DNA of 64,000 nucleotides from an uncultured Acidobacteriota bacterium. GTDB lineage: Bacteria; Acidobacteriota; Vicinamibacteria; Fen-336. Numbering within the stretch: position 1 is the stretch's first letter; each line of letters begins with the position of its first letter. Below, piece by piece: positions 20,031 to 32,039 of the stretch. The notes under the pieces are model-generated. The model was not told the origin of the DNA, made no database searches, and saw nothing but the letters and a program-made list of their open reading frames with translations. A program made the translations under genes and the position numbers. Location: assembly GCA_963720545.1 (NCBI GenBank), contig OY970399.1:2688001-2752000 (forward strand), in the 5' to 3' direction.

Positions 20031-20711
20031 ATGGAACGACAGCACTTCGAAGAAGAGCTCGAGAAGCTGAAGCAGACGCTCCTGCACATGGGCGCGATCG
20101 TCGAGGACCACGTGCAGCGCTCGGTGCTGGCACTCATGGAGCGGCGCGAGGACCTGGCGACGGTGGTCATCGACACCGACAGGGAAATCAACGAGCTGCA
20201 CATCGAGGTCGACGACCGCTGCCTGAAGCTGCTGGCGCTGCAGCAGCCGATCGCCAAGGACCTGCGGCTCATCACCTCGGCGATGAAGATCAACTCCGAC
20301 CTGGAGCGCATCGGCGACCAGGCGGTGAACATCGCCGAGAACGTGCTCAAGATCCTGCCGCACCCGCCGCTGCGGCCGGTGATCGACATCCCGCGCATGG
20401 CGAGCCTGGCGCAGGGCATGACCCGCGACGCGCTCGACTCGTTCGTCGACCGCGACGTGGTGCTGGCGCGCAAGGTGCTGGCGCAGGACGACGAGGTCGA
20501 CCAGCTGAAGGACCAGGTGTTCCGGGTGCTGCTCACGCACATGATGGCCGACCCCGGCACCATCCAGCGAGCGCTGCCGCTGATCCTCATCAGCCGCAAC
20601 CTCGAGCGCATCGCCGACCACGCTACCAACATCGCCGAAGACGTGATCTTCTTCGTCGACGCGCGCGACGTGCGCCACCATCACGACGAAGCGCCGGCGG
20701 GTGAACGGTGA
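20031..20711 (+). CDS. phoU: Phosphate signalling complex protein
   Basis: QQPIAKDLR, DLERIGDQA, LERIADHATNIAE. Confidence 0.95.
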   Translation: MERQHFEEELEKLKQTLLHMGAIVEDHVQRSVLALMERREDLATVVIDTDREINELHIEVDDRCLKLLALQQPIAKDLRLITSAMKINSDLERIGDQAVNIAENVLKILPHPPLRPVIDIPRMASLAQGMTRDALDSFVDRDVVLARKVLAQDDEVDQLKDQVFRVLLTHMMADPGTIQRALPLILISRNLERIADHATNIAEDVIFFVDARDVRHHHDEAPAGER

Positions 20712-21445
20712 GCACCACCTCCGCACCGGCCTGGGCCCAGCCGTCCGAGCCGCGGCGGCGCGTCCTCATCATCGAGGACGACGCCGACATCGCCGAAGCC
20801 ATTGCCCACCAGCTCGAGAAGGTGTCGCTGCAGCCGATCGTGGCGCGCACCGGCGAGGAAGGGCTGCAGCTGGTGCAGCGCGGCACCGACCTGGTGGTGC
20901 TCGACCTCAACCTGCCCGGCATGGACGGCCTCGAGGTGTGCCGCACCATCCGCCGCCAGCCGCTCGGCGCGCGGCTGCCGATCGTGATGGTGTCGGCGCG
21001 CGCCGACGAGAGCGACCGCATCCTCGGCCTCGAGATGGGCGCCGACGACTACGTCGTCAAGCCGTTCAGCCTCAAGGAACTGGCGGCGCGCTGCCGTGCC
21101 GCGCTGCGCAAGACCGAGGCCGCGCGCGGCGACGCCCCCGGCTATCGCGACGCCAACTTCGACGTCGACTACGAGTCGTACATCGCGCGCCACCGCGGCC
21201 GCGAGCTGCGGCTCACGCACAAGGAGTTCGCACTCTTCCGCTGCCTGCTCGAGCGCCCCGGCAAGATCCTCACTCGCGAACGCCTGCTCGACCGGGTCTG
21301 GGGCTGCGCCAGCGACGTCGAGACGCGCAGCGTCGACGCCCACATCCGCCGGCTGCGCATCAAGCTCGGCGATGCGCGCGACCACGTCGAGACCATCGTC
21401 GGCATCGGCTACCGCTTCATCGTCGCGCCGACACCCGGCGCATAG
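20708..21445 (+). CDS. OmpR/PhoB-family response regulator (no adjacent kinase)
   Basis: IIEDD, LDLNLPGMDG, GADDYVVKPF, wHTH TRSVDAHIRRLR; GTGA overlap with phoU. Confidence 0.9.
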   Translation: MSTTSAPAWAQPSEPRRRVLIIEDDADIAEAIAHQLEKVSLQPIVARTGEEGLQLVQRGTDLVVLDLNLPGMDGLEVCRTIRRQPLGARLPIVMVSARADESDRILGLEMGADDYVVKPFSLKELAARCRAALRKTEAARGDAPGYRDANFDVDYESYIARHRGRELRLTHKEFALFRCLLERPGKILTRERLLDRVWGCASDVETRSVDAHIRRLRIKLGDARDHVETIVGIGYRFIVAPTPGA

Positions 21446-22075
21446 CTACGGCTTCCTGAGGTTCCTCAGGATGCCCATGTGCATGTTGCGGGTCGCCTCG
21501 GCGTCGCGCCGCGCCGCGCGCACTTCCTCGTAGAACGCGAGATCGGTGTGCGCGGCATCCACCGCGCTCAGCACGTACTGGCCGCAGAGATGGCGGATGT
21601 GGCCGGTGCCCGACACCTTCTGGTAAGAGGCGACGATGCGCCGCGGCTCGGCCTCGGTGCCTTCGGTGAGCACGAAACCCCATGCCTCGCGCCACTCGAT
21701 CGTCATGCGCACCAGCAGCGCGCGCACCCGCACCGCCACGTCCACGTACTGGAACGCAAGGTACCCGGGCTTTGGCTCGGGCGTGCGCTTGAGCGTCGTC
21801 TTGCTCATGTCCTTGAGGCTCTCGTGCTCGAGGATGCGCGCGTAGACGCGGGCGATGGGCGCCGCGATCAACGCGCGTCCGGCGGCCCAGTCGGTGCCGT
21901 CGGCGCGCCGCGCGAACTCGTGCACGTCCGCACCGCCCGCGGCTGCCGCCGGCGGCGGGCGCAGCAGTGCGCTCACCGGCCGCGCGAAGTCGAAGCAGGT
22001 GGCGGGGTCGGCTGCCCCTGCCGCGGGCACGGCGCCAAGCGCCAGCAGGGTGGCAAGCGCGGCGGCCGCCCTCAT
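21446..22075 (-). CDS. Exported hypothetical protein, possibly START/SRPBCC-like fold
   Basis: Signal peptide MRAAAALATLLALGAVPAAGA; ATGA overlap with the upstream gene. The fold guess comes from ALIAAPIARVY and beta-strand patterning. Confidence 0.6.
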   Translation of the reverse strand: MRAAAALATLLALGAVPAAGAADPATCFDFARPVSALLRPPPAAAAGGADVHEFARRADGTDWAAGRALIAAPIARVYARILEHESLKDMSKTTLKRTPEPKPGYLAFQYVDVAVRVRALLVRMTIEWREAWGFVLTEGTEAEPRRIVASYQKVSGTGHIRHLCGQYVLSAVDAAHTDLAFYEEVRAARRDAEATRNMHMGILRNLRKP

Positions 22076-23451
22076 TCCTGGTCGCCGTCCACGTAGCCGA
22101 GTGAGCGCAGGCGTTCGAGCTCCTCGGCGTCCACGGGCGCACGCGGTCCCGGCGCCACGCCGCGGATCGAAGCCTCGGCGCGCGCCAGTTCGCGGCGCAG
22201 CTCCTCGCGGCTCACGGCATCGACATCGAGCGCCTCGCCCGACCACACGTCGCGGTCGCGCGGCATGAACGCCTCGCGGCGCGGCGGCGTGTCCCACGCC
22301 AGGTAGCGGCTGTCCTTGTAGAGGACGCCGCGCGAGCTCCAGGGCGGCTGCTGCAGCGTGTTGAAGTAAAGAACCCGGTTGCGCGGCGTCGCGCCGCGCA
22401 GGAGATCCTCGCCGCGCAGCCCGGCCGGCGGCTGCGCGCCGACCAGCGCCGCTATCGTCGGGAACAGGTCGAGCAGGCTCGCGGTGTCGGCGCGCCGCGC
22501 CGGCGCGCGGCCCGGCACCTTGACGAGGAGCGGCACGCGCACCAGCGGCAGGTGGATGGCGTCGGAGTGCGCGAACCACTGGCCGTCCTCGCCCAGGCTC
22601 TCGCCGTGGTCGGCGGTGACGATGACTACGCTGCGCTCGGCCAGGCCGCCGCGCGCCATGCGCCGCAACAACTCGCCGATGCTGTGGTCCACGAACGCCA
22701 CTTCGCCTGCGTAGCCGGCGCGGTAGTACGCCGGCTCGCGATGGCCCTCCTGGTACTGGTAGGTCGGGATCGCGTCCTGCCCGTGATGATCCCTGGAGAT
22801 CGGCAGCTGCAGCAGGGCATCCGGCGCCTTCAGCATCCGCGGCAGGTAGCGCGCGCGCAGCTCGTCGGGGGGCAGGTACGGGCCGTGCGGGTCCATGTAG
22901 TGGATCCACAGGAATACCGGTTTCTCCGGCGTTGGCTGCAGGGAATCCAGGAGCGCCGCGGCATCGCTGGTGGTGGCGCGGCTGCGGCGCTCGGCGCCGC
23001 CCGTAAAGCGCACCGGATGCGCGTCGTCATAGGTGTCGAAGCCGGCGTCGAGGCCGCTGGCGCGGCGCACGATGTAGCTGCTGACGACCGCCGCCGTGCG
23101 AAAGCCGCGCGCCTTGAGCCAGCGCGCCAGCGTCATCGCCTGCGGTGCCATCGGCGCGGTGTTGCCGGTGACCCCGACCTCGGCGGGGTAGTGTGAGGTC
23201 ATGATCGCCGCGAGCGACGGCCGCGTCGTGGAGGTGGGCGCGAATGCCGCGTCGAACACCGTCGACTCCGCCGCCAGCTTGTCGAGTGCCGGCGTGATCG
23301 GCGCCTCGAACCCGTACGCGCCGAGGTGATCGGCGCGCAGCGTGTCTACGGTGATGAGCAGGATCAGCGCCGGCCGGGCATGCCTCGCGCCGCAGGCAGC
23401 CAGGCCGAGCGCGGCGAGCATCGCGCCGGCGGCGGCCGGGCGCAGCCTCAA
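22072..23451 (-). CDS. Sulfatase-like hydrolase (alkaline phosphatase superfamily), probable lipoprotein
   Basis: LITVDTLRADHLG, TTRPSLAAIMT, WIHYMDPHGPY, TADHGESLGE, RLRSLGYV; lipobox LAAC. Start is TTG 23451 or ATG 23421. Confidence 0.85.
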   Translation of the reverse strand: MRLRPAAAGAMLAALGLAACGARHARPALILLITVDTLRADHLGAYGFEAPITPALDKLAAESTVFDAAFAPTSTTRPSLAAIMTSHYPAEVGVTGNTAPMAPQAMTLARWLKARGFRTAAVVSSYIVRRASGLDAGFDTYDDAHPVRFTGGAERRSRATTSDAAALLDSLQPTPEKPVFLWIHYMDPHGPYLPPDELRARYLPRMLKAPDALLQLPISRDHHGQDAIPTYQYQEGHREPAYYRAGYAGEVAFVDHSIGELLRRMARGGLAERSVVIVTADHGESLGEDGQWFAHSDAIHLPLVRVPLLVKVPGRAPARRADTASLLDLFPTIAALVGAQPPAGLRGEDLLRGATPRNRVLYFNTLQQPPWSSRGVLYKDSRYLAWDTPPRREAFMPRDRDVWSGEALDVDAVSREELRRELARAEASIRGVAPGPRAPVDAEELERLRSLGYVDGDQE

Positions 23452-23939
23452 TCGGCGATCTCCCGCAACACTCGCGGCGGCAGGAACCAGACGAGCCGTC
23501 CACCCTCGCCGAGCGGCCCGGGGACGTCGACGAGGGCGGCACCGCCCTTGCGGAAGGCGAGCGCCGCATAGCGCTTCGTGCCCACGAGGCGCGCCAGCAG
23601 CTCCGACATGTGCGGCTCGTGGCCCACCAGCACGATGCCGTCCTTTTCGCCCTCGGCGTCGAGCGCCTTCGCGAGCGGCGCGAACTCGCCGCTCGACAGG
23701 CACTCGAGCAGCTGCGGCTTCGGCCCGCCCCACGCCTCGCGCGCGATCTGCGCCGTCTGGCGGGCGCGCAGCAGCGGGCTCGTGAACAGGGCGTCCGGGG
23801 CGTCGACGAGCCGCGCGAGGCCGCGCGCGGCCTCGGCAAACCGCTCGCGCCCTTCGCGCGTCAGGGGCCGTTCGTCGTCGGCGATGCCCGCCGTGCCTGA
23901 GTCGACGGCGATGGCGTGGCGGATGAGGAGCAGTCGCAT
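23448..23939 (-). CDS. sixA: SixA-type phosphohistidine phosphatase
   Basis: MRLLLIRHAIA, RPLT, TSPLLRARQTA, LVGHEP. Confidence 0.88.
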   Translation of the reverse strand: MRLLLIRHAIAVDSGTAGIADDERPLTREGRERFAEAARGLARLVDAPDALFTSPLLRARQTAQIAREAWGGPKPQLLECLSSGEFAPLAKALDAEGEKDGIVLVGHEPHMSELLARLVGTKRYAALAFRKGGAALVDVPGPLGEGGRLVWFLPPRVLREIAD

Positions 23940-24016
23940 CGTTCTCTTGCGAGCGTACACCGCCCGCCCGCGTTTTGGCCGTTGACCTGGCGGCGGTTGC
24001 CGGCGCATAGTGCGCG

Positions 24017-26791
<2,775 letters not shown>

Positions 26792-26881
26792 TGGCCGTAG
26801 TCGTCTCCCTTTGCGGCCGCGCCGCGTCACGGGATTGTCACGGGTAGAATCGAGACTCACCGGCACATCTCGTGACCCCCT

Positions 26882-28477
26882 ATGGCCAAGCCCCGGCGTC
26901 GGACAATCACCCGCAAGCCGGCCTCGGAGCCGCCCCCCGAACCGGCGCGCGCCGTTGCCGTTGTCGACATCGGCGCGAGCGCCATCCGCCTGGTCGTGGC
27001 GGAGGCACAGCCGCTGCGCGTGCTCGACGGCGCGACGCGCGCGGTGCAGCTCGGCAAGGACACCTTCACCCATGGCCGGCTCGGCGGCGCCACCATGGAA
27101 GCGGCGCTGAAGGCGCTCGAGGGGTTCCGGCGCATCCTCGACACCTACGGAGTCGTGCGCTACCGCGCGGTCGCGACCAGCGCCGTCCGCGAAGCCTCTA
27201 ACCGCGACACCTTTCTCGACCGCATCCGGCTGCGCACCGGCCTCGACGTCGAGGTCATCGACGGCTCGGAGGAGAACCGGCTCACCTACGTGGCGGTGCG
27301 CGATCAGCTGCGCAGCCACGAAGCGTGGTCGGCCGCGGGCACGCTGCTGGCGGCGGTCGGCGGCGGCAGCGCCGACTTGTCGTTTCTGCGCAAGGGCCAG
27401 CCGCTGCACTCCGGAACCTACGCGCTCGGCTCGATCCGCATGCGCCAGAGCCTGGCGTCGTGGAACGGCAGCCACGAACAGCGGGTGCGCCTGTTGCGCC
27501 GCCACATCCACAACGTGGTCGAGGACATCCGCCGCGCGCTGCCGCTGCGCGAGGTCACGCACCTGGTGGCGCTCGGCGGCGACGCGCGCTTCGCGGCCAC
27601 GCACCTGCTGAAGGAGGAGGCCGAGAGCCACGACGGCGAACTGCTGAGCGTGTCGCGCGACGCCTTCCTCGCCTTCGCCGACCAGCTCGCGGCCGAGGAC
27701 GTCGAGACGCTGGTGGAGCAGCGCCACCTGCCGCTCGCCGAGGCCGAGACGCTGGTGCCGGCGCTGCTCGCCTACCGCGAGCTCCTGACCGAGACCCAGG
27801 CGCAGGCCGTGCTGGTGCCCGACGCGTCGCTGCGCAGCGGCCTGCTCATCGACCTGCTCAACCCGGGGGAAGGCGAAGGCGAAGACTTCGGCGCGCAGGT
27901 GATCGCGGGCGCCACCAGCATCGGCGGCCGCTACGGCTTCGACGCGGCGCACGCGAAGAACGTGGCGGCGCTGGCGGTGCGGGTCTTCGACGAGCTGCGC
28001 ACCGAGCACGGGCTGTCCAACCGCGACCGCCTGCTGCTCGAGGTGGCGGCGCTGCTGCACGACATCGGCATCTTCGTGAACGTGCGCGGCCACCACAAGC
28101 ACTCGCACTACCTGATCTCGGTTTCCGAGATCTTCGGCCTGACGCGCGAGGACCTGGCGGTGGTCGCGAACGTCGCGCGCTACCACCGCCGTGCGCTGCC
28201 GCAGCGCTCGCACGTCGCCTACATGGCGCTCGACAGCGACTCGCGCATCGTCGTCAACAAGCTCGGGGCGATCCTGCGCTTCGCCAATGCCCTGGACGCC
28301 GACCACCTGCAGAAGGTCCGCGACCTGAAGGTGGCGTTCGAGGACGACGGCGTCGTGTTCGAACTCGACGGCTCGGGCGACCTCACCATGGAGCGCCTCG
28401 CCGCCGCCTCGCGCTCCGACCTGATGAGCGAGGTCTTCGGCCGGCGGGTGACCCTGCGCGAGGGAGCACGCGGATGA
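26882..28477 (+). CDS. ppx: Ppx/GppA exopolyphosphatase with HD domain
   Basis: VDIGASAIRL, ATSAVREASN, GGGS, LLHDIG, HHKHSHY. Confidence 0.9.
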   Translation: MAKPRRRTITRKPASEPPPEPARAVAVVDIGASAIRLVVAEAQPLRVLDGATRAVQLGKDTFTHGRLGGATMEAALKALEGFRRILDTYGVVRYRAVATSAVREASNRDTFLDRIRLRTGLDVEVIDGSEENRLTYVAVRDQLRSHEAWSAAGTLLAAVGGGSADLSFLRKGQPLHSGTYALGSIRMRQSLASWNGSHEQRVRLLRRHIHNVVEDIRRALPLREVTHLVALGGDARFAATHLLKEEAESHDGELLSVSRDAFLAFADQLAAEDVETLVEQRHLPLAEAETLVPALLAYRELLTETQAQAVLVPDASLRSGLLIDLLNPGEGEGEDFGAQVIAGATSIGGRYGFDAAHAKNVAALAVRVFDELRTEHGLSNRDRLLLEVAALLHDIGIFVNVRGHHKHSHYLISVSEIFGLTREDLAVVANVARYHRRALPQRSHVAYMALDSDSRIVVNKLGAILRFANALDADHLQKVRDLKVAFEDDGVVFELDGSGDLTMERLAAASRSDLMSEVFGRRVTLREGARG

Positions 28478-30630
28478 CACCGGCGAAGCCGCGGCGCCGC
28501 GAGGTCAAGCAGCCCGAGCTGTTCCTGAACCGCGAGCTCAGCTGGCTCGAGTTCAACCTGCGGGTGCTCGAGGAAGCGGCCGACCCGAGCGTGCCGCTCC
28601 TCGAGCGGCTGAAGTTCGCGACCATCGTCGCCTCGAACCTCGACGAGTTCTACATGGTCCGGGTCGCGGCGCTCAAGCACGCGATCGAGGAGAACGACAT
28701 CGGCCCCGACCCCGCGGGAATGACGCCGGCGCAGCAACTGGCGCAGATCCGTGAGCGGGTGCGCGAGATGCTGGCGCGCCTGCACGAGCAGGCGTTGCGG
28801 CCGGTGCTTGCCGGCCTGGTCGAACGCGGCATCCGCATCGAGAAGCCGGCCGACCTGCCGGCGGCCTCGCGCCAGGCGGTGACGCGCCTGTTCCGCAACG
28901 AGGTGCTGCCGACCCTGACGCCGCTCGCGATCGACTCCTCGCGCCCGTTCCCGATGCTCGCCGGCCTCAGCCTCAACATCGCGCTGCTGCTGGAACCGGC
29001 CGAGGACGACGCCGAGGCGGAGGTGCGCATGGCGGTGGTGCAGGTGCCGCTGCGCTCGTCGCGGCTGGTGCGCGCACCCGGCGCCGAGGGCGCGACCTAC
29101 GTGCTGCTCGAGGACCTGATCCGCGACGAGCTGGGCGCGCTCTTTCCCGGCCAGAAGGTGCGCGAGACGGCGGTGTTCCGCGTCTCGCGCGATGCCGAAC
29201 TCGAGCTCGACGACGAGGGCGGCCGCAGCTTCATGGCGGCGCTCGAGGAGGAGCTGCGCAACCGCCGCCGCAGCAGCGTCGTGCGCCTCGAGGTGCAGGC
29301 CGGGGCGGGCAAGGACATCCTCGAAAGGCTCACGGTGCTGGTGGGCGTCGATCCGGCGGACGTCTACCTCATCGAGGGCCTGCTCGACCCGCGCGTCTTG
29401 TGGCCGCTCACCGACCTGGCCGCGCTCGAAGACCTGCGCGACCCGCCGCTCAAGCCGCTGCCCGGCCTCGAGCCGGACGACCTCGAGGACATCTTCAAGG
29501 TGCTCGACGACCGCACGCTGGTGCTGTTCCACCCCTACGAGTCGTTCGACCCGGTGGTGGCGCTGGTGGCGCGCGCCGCCGAGGACCCCGACGTGCTCGC
29601 GATCAAGCAGACCCTCTACCGCACCGGCGGCGATTCGTCGATCGTCAAGGCGCTGGCGCGCGCGGCCGAGTGCGGCAAGCAGGTGACGGTGCTGGTCGAG
29701 CTGCTGGCGCGCTTCGACGAACAGTCGAACATCGTGTGGGCGCGCAGCCTGGAGGAGGCGGGCGCGCACGTCATCTACGGCATCCGCGGCTTCAAGACCC
29801 ACTCCAAGATCTGCCTGGTGGTGCGCCGCGGCCGCGACGGCATCCGCCGCTACGTGCACCTCGGCACCGGCAACTACAACGAGAAGACCGCGCGCATCTA
29901 CACCGACCTCGGCATGCTCACCTCCGACGATGCCATCGGCGCCGACGCCTCGGCCTTCTTCAACGCGCTCACCGGCTATTCCGACCCGCCGGAGATGCGC
30001 AAGCTGGTGATGGCGCCGACCCGCCTGCGCGACCGGGTGCTGCGGCTGATCGCGCGTGAGAGCGAGCGTGCGCGCTCCGGCCAGCCGGCCGAGATCCGCG
30101 CCAAGGTCAACGCGCTGGTCGACGAGGACATCATCCGCGCGCTCTACGACGCATCGGCTGCCGGCGTGCGCGTGCGCCTCAACGTGCGCGGCATCTGCTG
30201 CCTGCGTCCGTGCGTCAAGGGCGTGAGCGAGAACATCGAGGTGGTGTCGGTGGTCGACCGCTTCCTCGAGCACGCGCGCATCTACCATTTTCACAACGGC
30301 GGCGAAGACGAGGTGTACCTGGCGAGCGCCGACTGGATGCCGCGCAACCTCGACCGCCGCGTCGAGCTGATGTTCCCGGTGGAGGCGCCCGAAGGCCGCG
30401 CCAAGGTGTTGGCCGCACTCGACACGCTGCTGCGCGACAACGTCAAGGCGCGGGTGCTGCAGCCGGACGGCAGCTACAAGCGGCGCAAGCCCGGCAAGGG
30501 CGAGGAGGCGGTGCGGGCGCAGGTGCGCATCCCGCAGGACCTGCAACGCGCGTGGGAGCGGCAGCGGGCGAGCGCGCCGGTGACGCTCGAGCCGGTGACC
30601 GCATTGAAGGCCGCGGCTAAGGCGCGGTAG
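28474..30630 (+). CDS. ppk1: Polyphosphate kinase 1
   Basis: NRELSWLEFN, SNLDEFYMVRVA, HPYESF, IKQTLYRT, ARFDE, HLGTGNYN, SADWMPRNLDRRVE; ATGA overlap with ppx. Confidence 0.97.
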   Translation: MTPAKPRRREVKQPELFLNRELSWLEFNLRVLEEAADPSVPLLERLKFATIVASNLDEFYMVRVAALKHAIEENDIGPDPAGMTPAQQLAQIRERVREMLARLHEQALRPVLAGLVERGIRIEKPADLPAASRQAVTRLFRNEVLPTLTPLAIDSSRPFPMLAGLSLNIALLLEPAEDDAEAEVRMAVVQVPLRSSRLVRAPGAEGATYVLLEDLIRDELGALFPGQKVRETAVFRVSRDAELELDDEGGRSFMAALEEELRNRRRSSVVRLEVQAGAGKDILERLTVLVGVDPADVYLIEGLLDPRVLWPLTDLAALEDLRDPPLKPLPGLEPDDLEDIFKVLDDRTLVLFHPYESFDPVVALVARAAEDPDVLAIKQTLYRTGGDSSIVKALARAAECGKQVTVLVELLARFDEQSNIVWARSLEEAGAHVIYGIRGFKTHSKICLVVRRGRDGIRRYVHLGTGNYNEKTARIYTDLGMLTSDDAIGADASAFFNALTGYSDPPEMRKLVMAPTRLRDRVLRLIARESERARSGQPAEIRAKVNALVDEDIIRALYDASAAGVRVRLNVRGICCLRPCVKGVSENIEVVSVVDRFLEHARIYHFHNGGEDEVYLASADWMPRNLDRRVELMFPVEAPEGRAKVLAALDTLLRDNVKARVLQPDGSYKRRKPGKGEEAVRAQVRIPQDLQRAWERQRASAPVTLEPVTALKAAAKAR

Positions 30631-32011
30631 TCACGGCGCCGCCGGCCTTGCTCCAGGCCGCCATGCCGCCCTCGAGGTTGGTGAGGTCGGTGAAGCCGCG
30701 CGCGGCCAGGATGCTGCACGCGGTGCTGGCGCGATAGCCGCCGGCGCACACCACCACCACCGGGCGCGCCGGGTCGAGCGCCGGCATCTCGGAAGCGAGA
30801 CGGTCGAGCGGCAGGAACGAGGCGTCCGCGATGTGGCCGGCGTCCCACTCGGCGCGGCGGCGCACGTCGAGCACCTGCGGCTTCAGCGGCGCAGCCGCGC
30901 TCAGGCGCGCGGCCAGGGCGCCCGGTGCTGCCACCGCGAACGCGGCGAGCGGCCGGCCCGCGGCGCGCCACGCGTCCATGCCGCCCTCGAGATAGCCCGC
31001 GACGCGCTCGATGCCGACGCGCGCGAGCCGCAGCTGCGCCTGGCGCACCTCGTCCGCGGAGCCGGCCGCCAGCACCACCTGCGCGGTGAGCGGCAGCAGC
31101 GTGCCGGCCCACGACGCGAACTGGCCGTCGAGGCCGATGTTGATCGCGCCGGGCACGTGGCCGGCCGCGAACAGCGCGGCCGTGCGCACGTCGAGCGCCA
31201 CCGCGCCGTCGTCCATGAGGCGGGCGAACTCCGGAGGCGTGAGCGGTGCCGCCGCCGGCAGGTCGGCAAGCGCCACGGCGCCGCCGCGGTTCATCGCAAC
31301 ATCGTGGCCGAAGTAGGACGGCGCTTCGGGCAGGTCCTCCGTCATCAGGCGGACGAAGGCGTCGCGCGCCATCGGCTGCAGCGCGTGGTTGTTGCGGCGC
31401 TGTTCGCCGAGCGTCGACCAGGTTTCCTTCGATATGTTCTTGCCGCACAGCGAGCCGGCGCCGTGCCCGGGATAGACGACGAGGTCGTCGCGCAGCGGCA
31501 GGATCTTGCCGTGCAGCGAATCGAACAGCATGCCGGCCATCGCCTGCGACGAGATGCCGCGTGCGCCGGAGAGGTCGGGCCGGCCGACGTCGCCGATGAA
31601 GAGCGTGTCGCCGGTGAAGATCGCGGTGGGCGCCGCCGCGTCGGGCGCATCGTAGGCGAGCACGCAGATGCTGTCGGGCGTGTGCCCCGGGGTTGCGAGA
31701 AAGCGCAGGCGGGCGTTGCCGAGGGCGAGTTCGTCGCCGTCATCCAGCGCGCGGTGCGCGAACGTCGCCTGCGCCGCGCGGCTCATCAGGATCTGCGCGC
31801 CGGTGCGCGCGGCGAGCTCGCGATGCCCGCTGACGAAGTCGGCGTGCAGGTGCGTCTCGACGACGTACGCGATCTTCAGTCCCTCGCGCTCGGCGAGTGC
31901 GATGTAGTCGTCGACGTCGCGGCGCGGGTCGATCACCGCCGCCACGCCGGAATCGGCGACGAGATAGGACGCCTGCGCGAGGCAGCCCAGGTAGAGCTGT
32001 TCGATGAACAT
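30617..32011 (-). CDS. MBL-fold hydrolase (persulfide dioxygenase-like) fused to two rhodanese domains
   Basis: ETHLHADFVSGH, TPGHTP, FTGDTLFIGDVGRPDL, PGHGAGSLCG; the C-terminal rhodanese has VCAGGYRA. Confidence 0.9.
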   Translation of the reverse strand: MFIEQLYLGCLAQASYLVADSGVAAVIDPRRDVDDYIALAEREGLKIAYVVETHLHADFVSGHRELAARTGAQILMSRAAQATFAHRALDDGDELALGNARLRFLATPGHTPDSICVLAYDAPDAAAPTAIFTGDTLFIGDVGRPDLSGARGISSQAMAGMLFDSLHGKILPLRDDLVVYPGHGAGSLCGKNISKETWSTLGEQRRNNHALQPMARDAFVRLMTEDLPEAPSYFGHDVAMNRGGAVALADLPAAAPLTPPEFARLMDDGAVALDVRTAALFAAGHVPGAINIGLDGQFASWAGTLLPLTAQVVLAAGSADEVRQAQLRLARVGIERVAGYLEGGMDAWRAAGRPLAAFAVAAPGALAARLSAAAPLKPQVLDVRRRAEWDAGHIADASFLPLDRLASEMPALDPARPVVVVCAGGYRASTACSILAARGFTDLTNLEGGMAAWSKAGGAVTTAP

Positions 32012-32039
32012 TGGCTGGCCCCAGTCTAGACTCGCTGCG

